Of a stretch of DNA of 64,000 bases, positions 13,421-27,898 are shown in pieces. The notes below the pieces were generated by a model that saw only the letters and a program-made list of their open reading frames with translations, was not told where the DNA came from and did no database searches. The position numbers and the translations under genes are program-made. The stretch covers positions 55,180,001 through 55,244,000 of the forward strand of contig OX597821.1 of assembly GCA_951406725.2 (NCBI GenBank), written 5' to 3'. Every line of letters starts with the position of its first letter. The first letter of the stretch is position 1. Source of the DNA: Octopus vulgaris (lineage: Eukaryota).

Positions 13421-13821
13421 TATGGCATATGAAACGAGAATAAACCTCACACATCGTAGGAAGTGAAGTGAATGGAGTATAAGAATATTATTATGTATTT
13501 CCATACAATATGGCATGTATTAAATACCATTGTATGGATAGCGTAACATTATATAAAATAATAAATGATATGGTCCGTGCATTGAAACATTTGTAATGGC
13601 AATTTGACCTCACTTTTTCTGATTTAAAATATTAATTTTATTATTCACTCTGCGGGGTTTATATTAGTCCTATTGGATATTATCTTGGAGTTATTTGGTG
13701 CTTCCTTTGATATAAATCGAAGTCTTCCTTTTCATTTTGGAATACTACACTAGCCACAATAATGCAAAATATGTTCATGAGGCGGTAGCCAGAGCATGTA
13801 TGTATGTATGTATATATATAT

Positions 13822-14377
13822 CAGGTCAGGTCACTTTCGAGTGCTACTGGTAACATGTAACCCAGTACAACCTGTTGCATGGTCGGGTCGTCGTCGACTA
13901 AACCGGCAACCACACCAAGCTTGCTTGGTGAGGAGGGTGTTTATTGGACACCCTGCGGAATGAAAAACAAAACCCGTCAAAGGGCGGAGGAACTCTTGAG
14001 AGTCAACGGCCATCCAATAAATGTCTTAAAGCTGTATCATGCGCGGGGACATAGAAATAATCGGACTGAATACCCGATCGCACGGTCAAACCATTGGGAG
14101 TGAAGGACTCCAAGCCTTTGTTAGGGCATCCTTCTAGGAGAAGGTAACTCACGTAACTGGGATAACTCCGACATAAAACATGCGGCTCAGTGGTTACCGA
14201 TGATGTTGACTTGTTCTTCTTTTCGGATTATGGCTGCTGTTGCTTAGTGAGTGGGATTGACTCAGTGCACAGCCTTTCCTCACTTTAAAAAAACCCTTCT
14301 TGCATAGGCATTGCACGATAACAACATTGATTAAGTTTCGCGCAATGGCCATACTCGATAACGAGGGGGGAAAGCCA

Positions 14378-14380
<3 letters not shown>
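13822..14380 (+). mobile_element. RTE-derived non-autonomous element (RTE-like 5' UTR joined to a short 3' tail)
   Basis: GC-richer island between TA tracts. It contains ggcatccttctaggagaaggtaactc, like the RTE 5' UTR motif (ggcaaccggtctaggagaaggaaaact). No ORF. Confidence 0.55.
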
Positions 14381-14416
<36 letters not shown>

Positions 14417-14449
14417 TATATAAAATACAACGTATATATATATATATAT

Positions 14450-14660
14450 AAAATACAAAATGGGACAAGAACGCAAAACATTCGGACAGCCAGGTGATAC
14501 AAAAAGTGACAACAAAATATCCAGATAGACGATACAAAGAAAACAAGGACGGGTCATTCGAAGCCTTCTATCCTCAGTCAAGCACCAGATTATCCTCGCA
14601 ATTTCGGCTGATTAATCTTGAGATTGCTCCTATCTGGCCAGCCCCAGGGAAAAAATATGA
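14450..14660 (-). repeat. Interspersed pyrimidine-rich repeat, pLTR-like
   Basis: Same layout as 55790-56115 (stem-GAAA, then CTGAxGA, then T-rich tail) and bounded by microsatellites. Confidence 0.45.
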
Positions 14661-14705
14661 ATGTATTTATGTGTGTATGTATGCATGCATGCATAGATAC
14701 ATACA

Positions 14706-14739
<34 letters not shown>

Positions 14740-15008
14740 CATACATACATACATACATACACGCATATCCCCAATTCTTGTTACTCTTATTAGCCGCCGT
14801 ACACTTTATTGTAATAACATATTCATAAGATTAGCCACAAGTCAATTGATAAAGAACCTGTGAGGAAGAGGGGAAGGTAGATGGCTGGGTAAAAGTCTGC
14901 AATTTGGGTCATTACACTCATTACAAGTAGCTATCTGCATATGGTGGTATATATATAAAGAATCCTAAAGAATTTATATCTACACACGTATATGTTTATA
15001 TACATATA

Positions 15009-15864
15009 CGTGATCTGATCAATAAGTATCTGAACTCTTGTGATAGTAACGAAGCTAAAGCACTCAGAGTACATCCGCTTTGCACAGATTGACTGACCTT
15101 GAACTCTTTTGGGCATTCACACCAAGTTTTAACGTTCAAGCTCACTTATTCTGTTTACAGCAGTGCTTGGAATGAAGGTGTGTAGCATGTGATCGTCGCA
15201 TTGACCACGACAGAGAAAGTTGAACAGAGAATCTGCATCGAATTTTGCCAAAAGCTTGGCGATACATGCTCGGAGGCCTACGCAACGTTTTCAAAAAATG
15301 TTCGTCATTCTCGACACAGTCAAGGTGATCGTATGTAACTGAAATCTGAATATCTTCTTGGTCAGCTGAAAGCAGTTTTGGCACCCAAATCTTGAGTGAT
15401 TATAAACTGAACTGTAACTAGTCTGAACATCCTCTGACAACTCACGGATGGGGATTCGACGATTTTTCCTCACAGCTGCACGCACATATGCGATGTTATT
15501 TTCAGTTCTGCTGGTTCCAGGTCTCCCAGAACTTTCGTCTATATCGACATTTCTTCGGCTATCTTGGAAACGTTAGAACCATTCGTACACTTGCGTGAGG
15601 CTCATACACCCAACACTATACACTTCCTGAAATTTTGCGTAGGTATCGCCATGGCAACTTTCGCTGATATGGTCAATGCAACGATCATACGCTACACACC
15701 TTCCTTCCAAGCACTGATGTAAACAGCGGACGTAAGCTAGAATGTTAAAACTTGCTGCGCATTCACAGCAAAGTTCAAGGTCAGTCGTGGCCAAGTGGCT
15801 TTATTCTGCGTAATTTAACTTTGTTACTATAACACCAGTTCGAATACTTATTGATTCAACTTCG
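15009..15864. mobile_element. Mariner-derived non-autonomous element built from two left ends
   Basis: TA|CGTGATCTGATCAATAAGTA ... TACTTATTGATTCAACTTCG|TA. Both arms encode the transposase N-terminus (EQRICIEFCQKLG; QVYEWF..F..R..D.SGRP..S..RKNRRIPIRELS). Confidence 0.85.
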
Positions 15865-16006
15865 TACATATATATCTTGACTCACATACATATATATATA
15901 CACTCTTCAAGATCTGTGCATATGTGTGTTTCTGTGTAAAGAGAGATAGAAAGAGAGACAGAGAGGAAGAAAGAAATAAAGAAAGCAAGCAAGTAAGAAA
16001 GAAGGA

Positions 16007-16081
<75 letters not shown>

Positions 16082-16445
16082 CGAATTACATAGTTACCTA
16101 AGTATGAATACAGCCCCGTTTCTGATTTCTTTTTATTATTCTATGTTAAAGAGTATGACCAAAAACTTTAGTCCTTTTCTTTGGCATGTTTTTCATTGCA
16201 CGGTCTTCTTTTATTGTTATTGTGACGTTCGATTTTATACGCTTGTCCACCACTTTTTTCTTTTTCTTGTAGACATCAAATTATTTCTCTCTTTCTTTCT
16301 CCTAGTCTTATAATCTTCCTCGTATAACTGCACATTTGTACATACGTATCTGCGCGCGCGTGTGTGTGTGTGTGCATATATGTGTGTATAAATATATATG
16401 TGCACATACATATAAATGTATATAAAACACGCACACACACACATA

Positions 16446-16524
<79 letters not shown>

Positions 16525-18662
16525 GTGTGTGTATGTGTGTGTGTGTGAATATAATGTATATAAGTAGATATTTAGAAAGAGAAGGAGAAACTTACCTAAA
16601 TTCAAAAAGCAATCTTTTGTTTAACTTATCTATTTAATGGACCGTTATAAAATATCAGTTGCTAGAAGTTTTCTTATAATAATCTTGGGATAAAAACTAT
16701 AAATAACATAGCATAGAATCTCCTTTCAGATTCATTTCTCTTCACATAATGTAATTCGGAAAAGCATGAAGCAGAAACTTGCCAACAACCCATTTCCATA
16801 AATATTTCAGCGATGCTACTACTTTTATATTGTTTTAAAATAGTTTGTCTTGTTTTCCTTGTCTCGTTCCTCACAACATTGTCATTTGCTTTGTTTTCTC
16901 TCTCCAATACTTTTTACTATTTCACCTTTTAGGATTTCCCAAATTTATGTGCTAGCCTTTTATTTATGTTTAATCACGTTCCGTAATTTTAAGGTTTGTC
17001 AATATTTTCCAGCTTTTGATAGTTATGTTTTATTTTTTGGGGCTTGGTTTTTCCCACGATCCTTTATTTATTCTTCCTTTTTTTTAATTATTTTATGTAT
17101 TTTATATATTATGAGTGAATAGTGACTTCATACTTTGCCCTTTTTCTCCGCTCATTGTTTCTTGCAGATCTTTTGAATATATTTATGTAGTTGTTTCTAT
17201 TTAGTGTATTTACTTGTTTAGTCCTATGAAGCCTTACTTTTAGTCTTTCAAATATGTTCAGTATTATAATAAACTTTTCAAATGGTTCGATCAATTCATT
17301 TCATTTGATACTTAACAATATTTTCAGTCTGTTATATTAATTTTCGATATTTCAATATTTCCTATATTTTGTGTCTTTAATTTTATGGGAAATAATCCAG
17401 TAAATGATGGTTAAACAGTGATAATATCCTCCCATATATTTTCCCATCGTAAAATAATTTAAAACTTAATGATAGAAAAAACTTTTTCCTCCATTATTTT
17501 ATTTAGTATTAGGTCATACCTGCTTGGGGAGATCTATCGCTAAAGACGTTTGGGGTGAGAGAATTTGCACTGAAATCCCTTTTTAAAGAAATATATTTCT
17601 TTTCCATTTGTTACTATATTTTCATCTTTAATGCGAAGACCTTTCTAAGAAATTGACATAGTAAAAAAGATGTTACTGAAGCTAAAAATTCCAAGCTAAC
17701 GCGAATAGTCGATAAGTTATATTTAAAAAAATGACCAGGATAACAAAAGACTGAGAAGATATCTTGGTAAGTAAAGAGAGAAATAGGTTGTAAGTTTAAA
17801 TCATAGACACAGGAAAAACTCCATATATATAAGGAAGAGAGAAATAAGCTGTAAACCTACACTATTGATTAGGAAAAAAAAAAGATTTCATATATACTTA
17901 TATACAGGAAATTAGAGAAATAGGCTATGAATCTATTTCAAATGTGAAGATGGGCTCCATCTATCATATATATGTAGAAAATGGAATAAGAATTGACTGC
18001 AAACCTGCAACCTGAAGCACACCGATGGGAAAAAAAATACTTTTATGTGTCAAATAAAAAAAAAATTAGGGGTACTCTTAAAGGAGGTAAAGAAAAACTG
18101 GAAAATTGACTTATTACAATATTTGGCAAGAACTCGAAATTAACCACACAGTACAAAGTGACAGGAATGTCAGTAAAACCCATCATTGATTGAAGAAAAC
18201 TGAAAAATCTCTAAGATGAACTAAAATAAGTGAAAACATTTAAAAGCATGAAATTAAGGTTCAACAATAAAGATTTTAAAAGAAACCGATTTAAAAGAAG
18301 CGAATTCTTTCAAAAAAGGACATTATTCGGAAAAAAATGAATGAAAGCAATCGGAAACCTCAGAAAAGGCAATTTTCAAATTGCCGAGAAAGTAAGAATT
18401 TCTTATAAATTGTAAGAAATAAAAAGTAAACGTGGACAAAATATAAATAGACCAAATTACAAGGAAGAAAATAAGCTAAGTTTAAAATAAGTATATAATA
18501 AAAAAAAATATACGCATAACAATAGAAATGGCAAACTAATACAATCAGGTAGGAGAGAAGAAACGTGTAATCCAGTAGATAATGTTAAAAAAAAACTGAA
18601 AATGGTGCAAAGTAACGTTAGACTTCAGAAGGATTGAAAACTAGATCAATGAAGTTTCTCAA

Positions 18663-18708
<46 letters not shown>

Positions 18709-18795
18709 TTGTGTGTGTGTGTGCGTGTGTGTGTATGAATATATGTATATATATGTGTGTACATATATACATATATATATACACACCCATACATT

Positions 18796-18896
<101 letters not shown>

Positions 18897-21289
18897 ATGC
18901 ATGTATATTTTTTATTTAAGTACATATATAAGTGGTAATCATCAGACATATTTAACTTTTCTATCTACACGTGCAATCAAAAATTCACAAACCGTTCATA
19001 TAATCACTTCTTTCTTTTACATTTCCAATATTTTTCTGGAAACGATAAATCTGTATACCCGGCATACTTACATACAGATAAATATATGATAAATGTATGC
19101 ATAAATGAATTTATATAAGTATATGTACGCGCGCGAGCGCACAGACAATACGACCTGCGAACATATGAATGTAAATGAAATTGTGAAATGAATTGTTAAA
19201 TAAAGTACATATAATCACTTTATTCTTTCCATTTATGTATTATTTTATATATTCTTTTATCAACTTTTATCTTTCCACTGTCGGGCTTTTCTCTCTTTCT
19301 CAAGTAAGGCGAAATGGTATAGATAATTACTTGTCTACAGCTATATACGGATATAAATTTTAATGGAAGTCGCTATTTTCTGGCTTTTTGTAATATATAT
19401 TATTGAATTTACGTCTTAAATTTGTTTTACGTCTTTTCCTTAACAACTGCAAATAACAACGATACAAAGATGAAAAATCTGGCACAAATACATGGAACCT
19501 CTAAATGAAAGTGATATAGCAAGATAGAGGCGGGGGAAATAAAGGGATAGGGAGAGAGAGAGAGAGCTTATTTACTCGAGATATCCATGTTTTTGTTGGG
19601 TATTTTGGCACGGGTAATTTCAGAGGGTCCGAACCGGAATCGATACTAGGGTCCTAGATTTAATATCTTGTGGCATTATGACCTCAATATAACCATAGAT
19701 TTTATCAATAATAATTTCCGACAAAAGCATCATATCCAAAATTGGAACGGAATGTGTCATATTCGTTTGAATCTCTCACTGCATTTGAAATGTGTGGATG
19801 AAAGAACGAAAGTAAATGCAGTAAAGATCCAAAGGGATAACTTCTACAGGACATCAACACACTAATTTCGAAAACGAAGCACACTTAATGTGTCAAAGGT
19901 GTATCGAGACTGCTTTGTTGATCCTATAGCTCCGACATAAATATAAACAAACTCACATAGTTATTTCTAAGCATAATACCCACTTCAATATTGCTTAATC
20001 CATGTCTGTAAAATTAGATTTGAATGCAGCTATATCATAGATTTGAATACCGCTATATTAATACTGCAACAACAGAATTATTGGAACGAAAATCTATCGT
20101 TCTTTGTGGGTGGGAGAAGCTCACCTAGTACTAGACTAAATGAAAATATAGAAAAAGTCACGGATTAAATATACTTGATAATAAATTTGCTCAATAAGGG
20201 CTGAACTGAAAGTAATATACGATTTGCTTTAAGCCATCGTCTCTTATAATATAGTTTCCGACAGTTTACAAGTTGCTGCTTTGTTTACCAATAATGATTT
20301 GTTATGTGATACAGTACTGTTTCTGCGTAATGGAATAAAGACGTTTGACGATCTCAATAAAGAATGAACATACACAACCGATAAATAGAGAATAAACTTC
20401 TAACAAGTTAGGAATTCATAATTTACAACCAATAGAGTGTTACATTTACATGAAAGGTTATTTAATAACAACATAATCAAATTAATTATGATTAAATATC
20501 AATCACAAATATTGTTAGCAGCTGCTATCTTCTCCCTTCACAGTCTTCTGTGTACTAGCGAAGCTTGTTGTGGAAGAATAAAGTATGTATTTCAGATTAT
20601 AATATCGTAAACAGCTCTCAAAACTGAGCGCGAAAACGAATAATAAATAAGTATAACTACCAAATATACGTCATTACCCCCATTTCCGAACTGAAATAAA
20701 ATTATATTTTGATTTTCGTAACTCCTAAGTAATGAAACCAATGAGTATAGCATCTGTAGCCTCCCACAGTGTTGGGCGACTATTGCGATTGGCGCTCAAC
20801 TTAAACCTCTGGATATTGATGCAACTAAAGCAAAAAACTTAACCATAGTAATAAGCTAGACGCTTGCCATTATAAGCATTGGAAATCAAGCATACTGTTT
20901 AATATGAAGTTTGAGAAACTGAGAGATAGAAAGGATGAAGTGAAAGAAAAAAGTGAAACCAGCTGAGTTAAGGACTGCGCGTATTTACTTCCCCCCAAAC
21001 AGAGAGCGCTGTACTAATATTAGAATATACAGGGTAGTATCTAACAACTGAATGTGCTAATATTTGTGTGTTCCAACACAAGACCAAGATACGCAGAACA
21101 AGATGGCATACATGTAAGTAAAGTGTAAGGGCAAAGGGAACACACCTATATAAGCATACACACGTACATATATACATATACGTATATACACATAAATAAA
21201 CATACATATATTTACATACATATTCCTCTATACACATCTTTAAATATACATATATGTATATTTATAGGTTTATAGAATTGATAAAACGA

Positions 21290-21525
21290 AGGCGGCGAGC
21301 TTGGCAGAATCGTTAGCACATTGGGCGAAATGCTTAGCAGTATTTCGTCTGTCTTTGCGTTCTGAGTTCAAATTCCGCCGAGGTCGACTTTGCCTTTCAT
21401 CCTTTCGGGGTCGATTAAATAAATAGCAGTAACGCACTGGGGTCGATATAATCGACGTAATCCGTTTTTCTGTCCTTGTTTGTTCCCTTCTGTGTTCCCA
21501 TTGTGGGCAGTAAAGAAATAAGAAT
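21290..21525 (+). mobile_element. tRNA-derived SINE family 3 with Meta-type core
   Basis: Box A TGGCAGAATCG and box B GAGTTCAAATTCC, followed by gccgaggtcgactttgcctttcatcctttcggggtcga (MetaSINE-like domain, recognised from memory). Confidence 0.8.
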
Positions 21526-22104
21526 TTATAAAACGTAAAAAGGGAAAAACAAATACCAGTGACACACTCCCGACTAACTCAAATGGAATCCAAGAAGGGC
21601 CAGCGTGATGCTGTGAGAAAGGAACATAGCAAAACATATAATTCCACTTAGGACCACTGTAGGCCTAAAGAGGATAACAGCAGCAAAACGAAGGTCCATC
21701 AAGTAATAGATGAAATCAATGACGAAGACGAAAGCACAACCAAACAAGCAAGTTGTGGCATGCAGGATTCGTAACCAAATTGACTTCAGCCTCTCACCTC
21801 AAACTTTCAAGCCCAGTATCAACAGGGTTGGGACTAAGGTTTTCTCTGGTGCGGATATGAAGAATGATCATGATAAGGTCTTCCGTCCAAGATGAGCACG
21901 GATAAAAAAGAAGTAAAACTTGCAAAAACAAAAGTCCTGGAGAAAAATGAGCCCAAACCATCAATATCAGCAAAGATACAAGAGTAGGTCACAAAACACG
22001 ATGCCTCCACCTTTGAAATAAGTAGATGGTGCACGTACTGCTTCTAAGAGGAAACAATACGTAGACACAGTTGCTGATCAGGCTAAATAAAAACATGGAA
22101 TTCA

Positions 22105-22385
22105 TCACAATAACAATGCGGTTATTTTATTCATCAAAGTATCATTATAATCAATACATTTGTGTCGACGAGCTACAAGTTTGTTTATTCTGGTAACATA
22201 AAAATCTGGGGTTCTGGAGCTGATGGACTTTTTGAACGCACTTTCAGCATCGGTTTGATCTTTGAACTCCTCCCGCAGGAAACCATCAAGGTATTTGAAA
22301 AAGTGGTAGTCGGTAGGAGAGCCAAGTTCTCTCAACTTCTGGAGCGTCATTAGTGAAATGTGTGGTCGAGCATTGTCATGTGTAG
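22105..22385 (-). mobile_element. Mariner transposase C-terminal fragment
   Basis: HDNARPHISLMTLQKLRELG-SPTDYHFFKYLDGFL...FYVTRINKLVAR.HKCID. Confidence 0.85.
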
Positions 22386-22389
22386 CATC

Positions 22390-23575
22390 ACCTCTTGGCG
22401 GCTCTCAAATCTGGGTATGAACCCATTCTTTTACCATATACTGAAGACGCATGCCAGTAGGTGCCCGAACAACTCTGGCATACAGTTATAAAGCTCGTAG
22501 GGGAGACCATTTAGTCCCAGTGACTTGTCCTCGCCGTAGTCCGACAAAGACTCCTGCACATCCGCAGCTGTGATCGGCCCTTCACAGCACTTCGCTACCC
22601 GCCCCGAGAGACGCGACACGCCAGCGAGGAAATCTGTGAGGCCCCTCCTACATTCCGGCCCACCACCCCTCCCGAAAAGCAAAGCGAAATGCACCTGAAA
22701 GAGCTTGCACATCCCCTCGGGTTCGTTTACCAAGTTCCCTTGTTTATTCATCAAAGACTTTATAGTGTCAGTATTACTACGTTGGATCTCTATCACAAGG
22801 CCTATCCCGCAGTTTTGATTTCTTCTCGTCCTATTGCTCGTTCCTTAGCCTTGACAACGCATCCTTCGTTTTTAGCTTCGAGGTGATGGTAAGCGCCATT
22901 CCCGCGGCAAAATCTCGGGGCGCGGAGCCGGATTCCAGTGCTTCGTCTAAGGCCCTAATTAAAGCCCTTTCTACTTTATTTCTCTTAACCACTAACTTTT
23001 TGCTATACCTAATAGACTCAAATTTTATGGCTCTTTTGAGGGCATACAACCATTTGTTTTTAATAATGGCATCACACAATGTCCTCATTTCTAACTCTCT
23101 AATCCGACTCCCCTGTTCTTCATAAGCCAAAAAGTGAATTATTGAGTTTCCAGTAGCCGGATCCCTGTCTACGTAACTTATCTAAGTCCAGCCTACAGGT
23201 CACACATTTGTGATCACTTTAGCTGACATAGTGAAATAGTGGACAACTAAATAGGTTTTTGTCTATTTCCCAAATTAGAATCCTGTCTAAATAAGATCTA
23301 GATGACCCATGACCATTACTTAATGTCCACAATGGAGCGTCTGGGACATCTAGTCTGTACCTATCTGCCAGCTGAAATCGCCTGAGCATTTTTTGAAGCA
23401 CGGTTTTCCCCTCCTACATAATCTACGCGTGCATCGCAGATTACGTTAAAGTCACCTAACATTACTATGATGTGAGACGTGCCAAGAAACTTCTCCAGGC
23501 CTAGAAAAAGTGATGTATGCCACGTCATTCCAAACTGAAAAGAGGCACACCTCCACCGCCTCCTTACTCGCAGTG
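22390..23575 (-). mobile_element. Degenerate L1/Tx1-clade LINE fragment (end of APE, linker, start of RT) abutting the mariner
   Basis: GDFNV, LADRYR..P....WT...SRSYLDRIL, SDHK, GYWKLNNSL, CEGPITAADV, KSLGLNGLPYELY. Confidence 0.8.
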
Positions 23576-24247
23576 TCCAGTTTCTTGTTTTTACAATAAA
23601 CGACTTGTAAACGACTGTGCACCATAGTGCATTATGAGTGGTTTCATGGTGGGGGGGGGGGTAATTACATTTTCACTTTCCTATTTTTTCATCATTCCTT
23701 TATACATTCGTAACTCGTCACTTCTGCACGTGATTAACTTTTTGAAATAGTGGCTGCTGCCGAAAAATTGCTTCCTTTGCTTTCCCTGTATAAAATCTTC
23801 TCCAGATGGCATGTTTATCAATGCTGTGCTGTTTTCTGTGCTTTTGGCACTTTTCCAGGAACTTGTACCAGGTTCATTAACAGTTTTTGACAATTTAATT
23901 GGCGATTTATCCATGATTTGCGTGTGTTCTTTTTTCCCCACAAAATATAACAATATTTTCCACCTTCACACAAGGGGGAAAACGTTAACAACGGACTGAA
24001 TCAAGCAGAAAGTAGGTGTTTAAAAAACACCCAACAAACGTTCAACAAAATAATAATTCAACAGTGCAAATTCAACAAATTAACCTCAGCTGTTACTACG
24101 CCAAACTTTTCGAACAACGCTACAAACAACATTCATGAACAAGTCGAGAGATGATTGTAACAACGGTGAAAAATATCAACGTTAATTTATTGATGCATTT
24201 GGGCAAGTTTATGTCTGTGTTATCAGACAATTGGAAAAAATGTTATA

Positions 24248-24811
24248 TCTATATATATTATATAAAATCCGTTCTGTCTGTCTGTTTGTCTGTGTGTGTG
24301 TGTGTGTGTTCTCGGGCATCTTCCATCCGATTGGGCTCAAATTTGATATGTAGATACCGACGGTGTCAGGGCGTGTATAAGTCTTGAAAAAATTACAAAA
24401 CTCGATTCCAGGTGAGAATGCGGCGATAAAGCCGTTTTTGTCCTGCTCTTCTTCCGTCAACCTGTACATAACTGCACCTTCCATTTTTTGTTGTTTTTGT
24501 ACCCTTAACGGCACGTTTCTTTCCTGCAAAGCTTACGGTCTAAACCATGTTTGTGTTCTCCCAGTCAACAGCCTTATCATTACTGGGACTTTAACCTCTT
24601 CGGCTGCATATTTGTGTGAATAAAATCGTTTTTCTTCGGAATAGAAAAAAGTCTATCTTAATTTCTTCTTTTGCTGGTGTCTCAAATTTAGGTTAAATCA
24701 GTGTTTCTCAAAGGGGAGGCCTATGGGACGGTCGGACAAGTTGTTTTTAGAAAATTTGGCTTAAATGTTTGACAACTCAGCACCGTCCATAGACGGGGGG
24801 CGTTTTGCTCG
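24248..24811 (+). mobile_element. Non-autonomous Helitron/Helentron-like element
   Basis: A|TCTATATATA..TATAAAA start, (GTCT)n then ccgattgggctcaaattt, 3' hairpin CCGTC-cata-GACGG, ending CTCG|T (CTAG variant). Confidence 0.7.
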
Positions 24812-25138
24812 TATATCTATATATATATATGACAGTTATTTTTTAATCACTACAATCGCCTCCACCCAAAGTGGTTCTGCAAAAGTACAGGTATTTGATT
24901 ATGCAACTGTTTGTTTAATGAGATCCAATTGTGCTTCCTCTTGTTGACTCCAATTTCTTCAATTTTATATTCACACACGACGAATACTCAAACATAAATA
25001 TGAATGTATATAATAATGCTACCGTATATATAGTACTGGATAATTCTGAGGATAGACGAGCTTTATACTGTATCCTGCCACGTTCCCAGCGGAATATACC
25101 ATAACTATATGTATATTTTTTATCATTTATCAGAATGA

Positions 25139-25420
25139 GTAAACCTAGTACTTATTCTGTCGGCCTCTTTTGCTGAACCGCTAGGTTACAGGGAAGTAAA
25201 CACATCAACACCGGTTGGCAAGCGGTGGTTGAGGACGAACACGAACATAATTATATGCATATATATATATACAAGCTTCTTTCAGTTTCCGTTTACTAAG
25301 TCCACTCAAAGCTTTGGTCAGCTTGATGCTACAGAAGACGACGCTTGCACAAGTTGCCAGGAAGTAATACGAACTCGGAACCATATGGTTGGGAAGCAAG
25401 CTTTTTACTACGTAGTTACA
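25139..25420 (-). mobile_element. tRNA-derived SINE family 1
   Basis: Reverse match to family 1 (gaaccgctag, cttctttcagtttccg, ggaaccatatggttgggaagcaagct). Confidence 0.8.
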
Positions 25421-25602
25421 CCTGAATCCGAGAAAATATATTTTGATTCACCTATTGCTCTTTGGAAGCTAATCATATTCAATCTCTTTCAGGTTTGTCT
25501 TTGGATAATATATTCGAACATATCTTTCTGAACAAGTTATCCCACTGGAATATATTTTATCTTTTACTTGTTTCAGTCATTAAACTGCGAACCTGCTGAG
25601 GC

Positions 25603-25656
<54 letters not shown>

Positions 25657-25720
25657 GTGTGTGTGTGTGATGTGGGATTGTGTGTATACCTATGTACGTA
25701 TGTATATGTGTATGTGTATA

Positions 25721-26865
25721 ACTATGAAAAAATGCAGGCGCATGCATGTTTATATTCTTAATTTATTACACCTGGAATAGTACAGAAGAAGATTTCTACA
25801 GTAGAATTTGCCTAATTCGTCTCCCCTAAACGAAACTAAAAAGTACTTAAAATTTGAATTCTATTGTACTTGAAATATTACAGCCGAGAATAACATCTTT
25901 AAAATTTACTATATTTTATTAAAACGAAAATTATAAAAATATTACTGGGTTTTTTCCAAGAAGTCCATCCGATTTTAAGCTTACGGGCTTATATTCAGAA
26001 ACTCTTTTCTTGTATAACCCCAGTAATTTTTGTTCTTTTTAGAAACAAATTATTTAAGCAAAATTAATTTAAGTCTGTATTTAAGCCCATGGATTTAATT
26101 ACAGACTTATGGACTTATGTTTTGGAAAAAGCATTATTTTAAAAATGCAATAAAATACAATTAATGTTTTTTAAAAAATACAGGAAGATTCGTCTAATTA
26201 GTCATCCCCCAGGAGAAAATTGAAAGTGATGAATTGGGCGAAGCAACAAATTAGCCAAAGATGAATTAGGCTAATTCTACTTTATTGATGCTACCTAATA
26301 AATTTTATTCATGACTTATTTGTCAGATTATTATTTTCTAATGTGGATGAATTGTCTGAGCCTATTGTTAATTTGAGAACACTTTAATGACCATTCTACT
26401 GCAATCAATGTTTTTTTTTTTGTAATGGGATACCAATTCAAGTGAAAAAGTCGTGTGCAATATTATTTACAATTTCATATTTTATTTTTTGTACTTGATA
26501 CAATTAAATAAAATAACGTTTTAATTGTATATTTCCAATAAAAAATGATTTAGAAACATATTTTCATTTAAATTTATTTTTGCTTATTTTTGTACATTTT
26601 TAAAGATTTATTTGCTTTTTAGATTCTCATAATACATATGATAAATTATGTCAAATTTACCTAATATAATTAATGTGCTTTAATTTCTAAAACGTTATTC
26701 CCGGCTGCAATATTTTACGTATAGTAGAATTTTAATTTTAAGTACTGTTTAGTTTCCTTCAGAAGTAACAAATTAGGAAAATTCTATAGTAGAAATCTTG
26801 TCCTGTACTTTTCCAAGTGTGATAACTTAAAAATATAAATATGCATGCACACGCAGTTTTCAGTG
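25721..26865. mobile_element. Non-autonomous DNA transposon (~1.15 kb) with ~190-bp imperfect TIRs and repeated internal motifs
   Basis: 25721-25910 is the diverged reverse complement of 26680-26865. The right end reads CACTGAAAA inward, with TA on both flanks. Confidence 0.8.
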
Positions 26866-27898
26866 TAATCAGCTGTTTTTCTTGGCAATGCAATAAAACT
26901 AATAAATATTGTTTTGTTAAAAGATATTGGAATTATTTTTCATTGTTGATGATTGAATTAAGATAGAAATTTTATGTTGTGTTTTTTCAATTTTCACATA
27001 TTTTTTCTTAAATTCTTAAAGTAAGAAAATGTTATCTGAACAGGGTTTTGTTGCATTGGATAACGAAAAAATGATTTTAAAAGCACAAAAACAGCCAATG
27101 CATCCACCGTTAGGCACGTGGAGTCATTTCAATTCAGTACCCCACCCCTATATTATTTATTTTTTCTTCATTATTATCATTAGGCCCTGTATTCAATGCC
27201 ATCCTCACCCCAATAAAAAGAAACATCAAAATTAAAGCATGCAAACGATATTTATTATAAATAAATGTGTGCTTGTATATCTATTTCCTTTAAAATTAAT
27301 AATTTGTGAAGATAATGAGAAATGTAATTATAATTGTAAAAAGTATTAGATCCCATATCTTCACTGTATACAAAATCTGTATATTGAAACAATGCGCATA
27401 ATACGAATGCGTCAAAAAGAAAGTGCGGAAATTCATTTTGAAAATTCCGTATAATAGTGAATATTAAAGTAGTACTAATTTTATTATAAAAGCAAGAAAT
27501 AAATGATCTATATCTATATATAGTTAGAAGAGTTAGCAAGAAGAGGTATGCGGATATATCAACTATATAATAAGATGAGAATCTGATCAAATGAATAGTA
27601 AAGTCAAGGTTAAGATAAAATTTAAAATAATGCAAAAATTGCCAATGCATCCAACATAAGGCAGGTGGAGCCACCTGCTCTTGGTCGGGTAAAGTTCGTT
27701 TGTTAGTCGAAATTCATGCAAAATAAAAATAAATCCTGCAATTCAGCTACTGTTGTTGTCAACTTATTTGTAAATAAAAAATCTGAGTCCCGGTACACTA
27801 AAAATCCAATCATAATATATGAAAGCAAAAACCTTGTCAATATACCCAAATATACTGCTACTCTTAATATTGAATTAAAGTTTAAAAGCAAACAAAAT

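Noticed and set aside
21540-22080. Possible RTE C-terminal remnant or host exon
   Set aside because: Too degenerate to assign, with no convincing splice sites or motifs.
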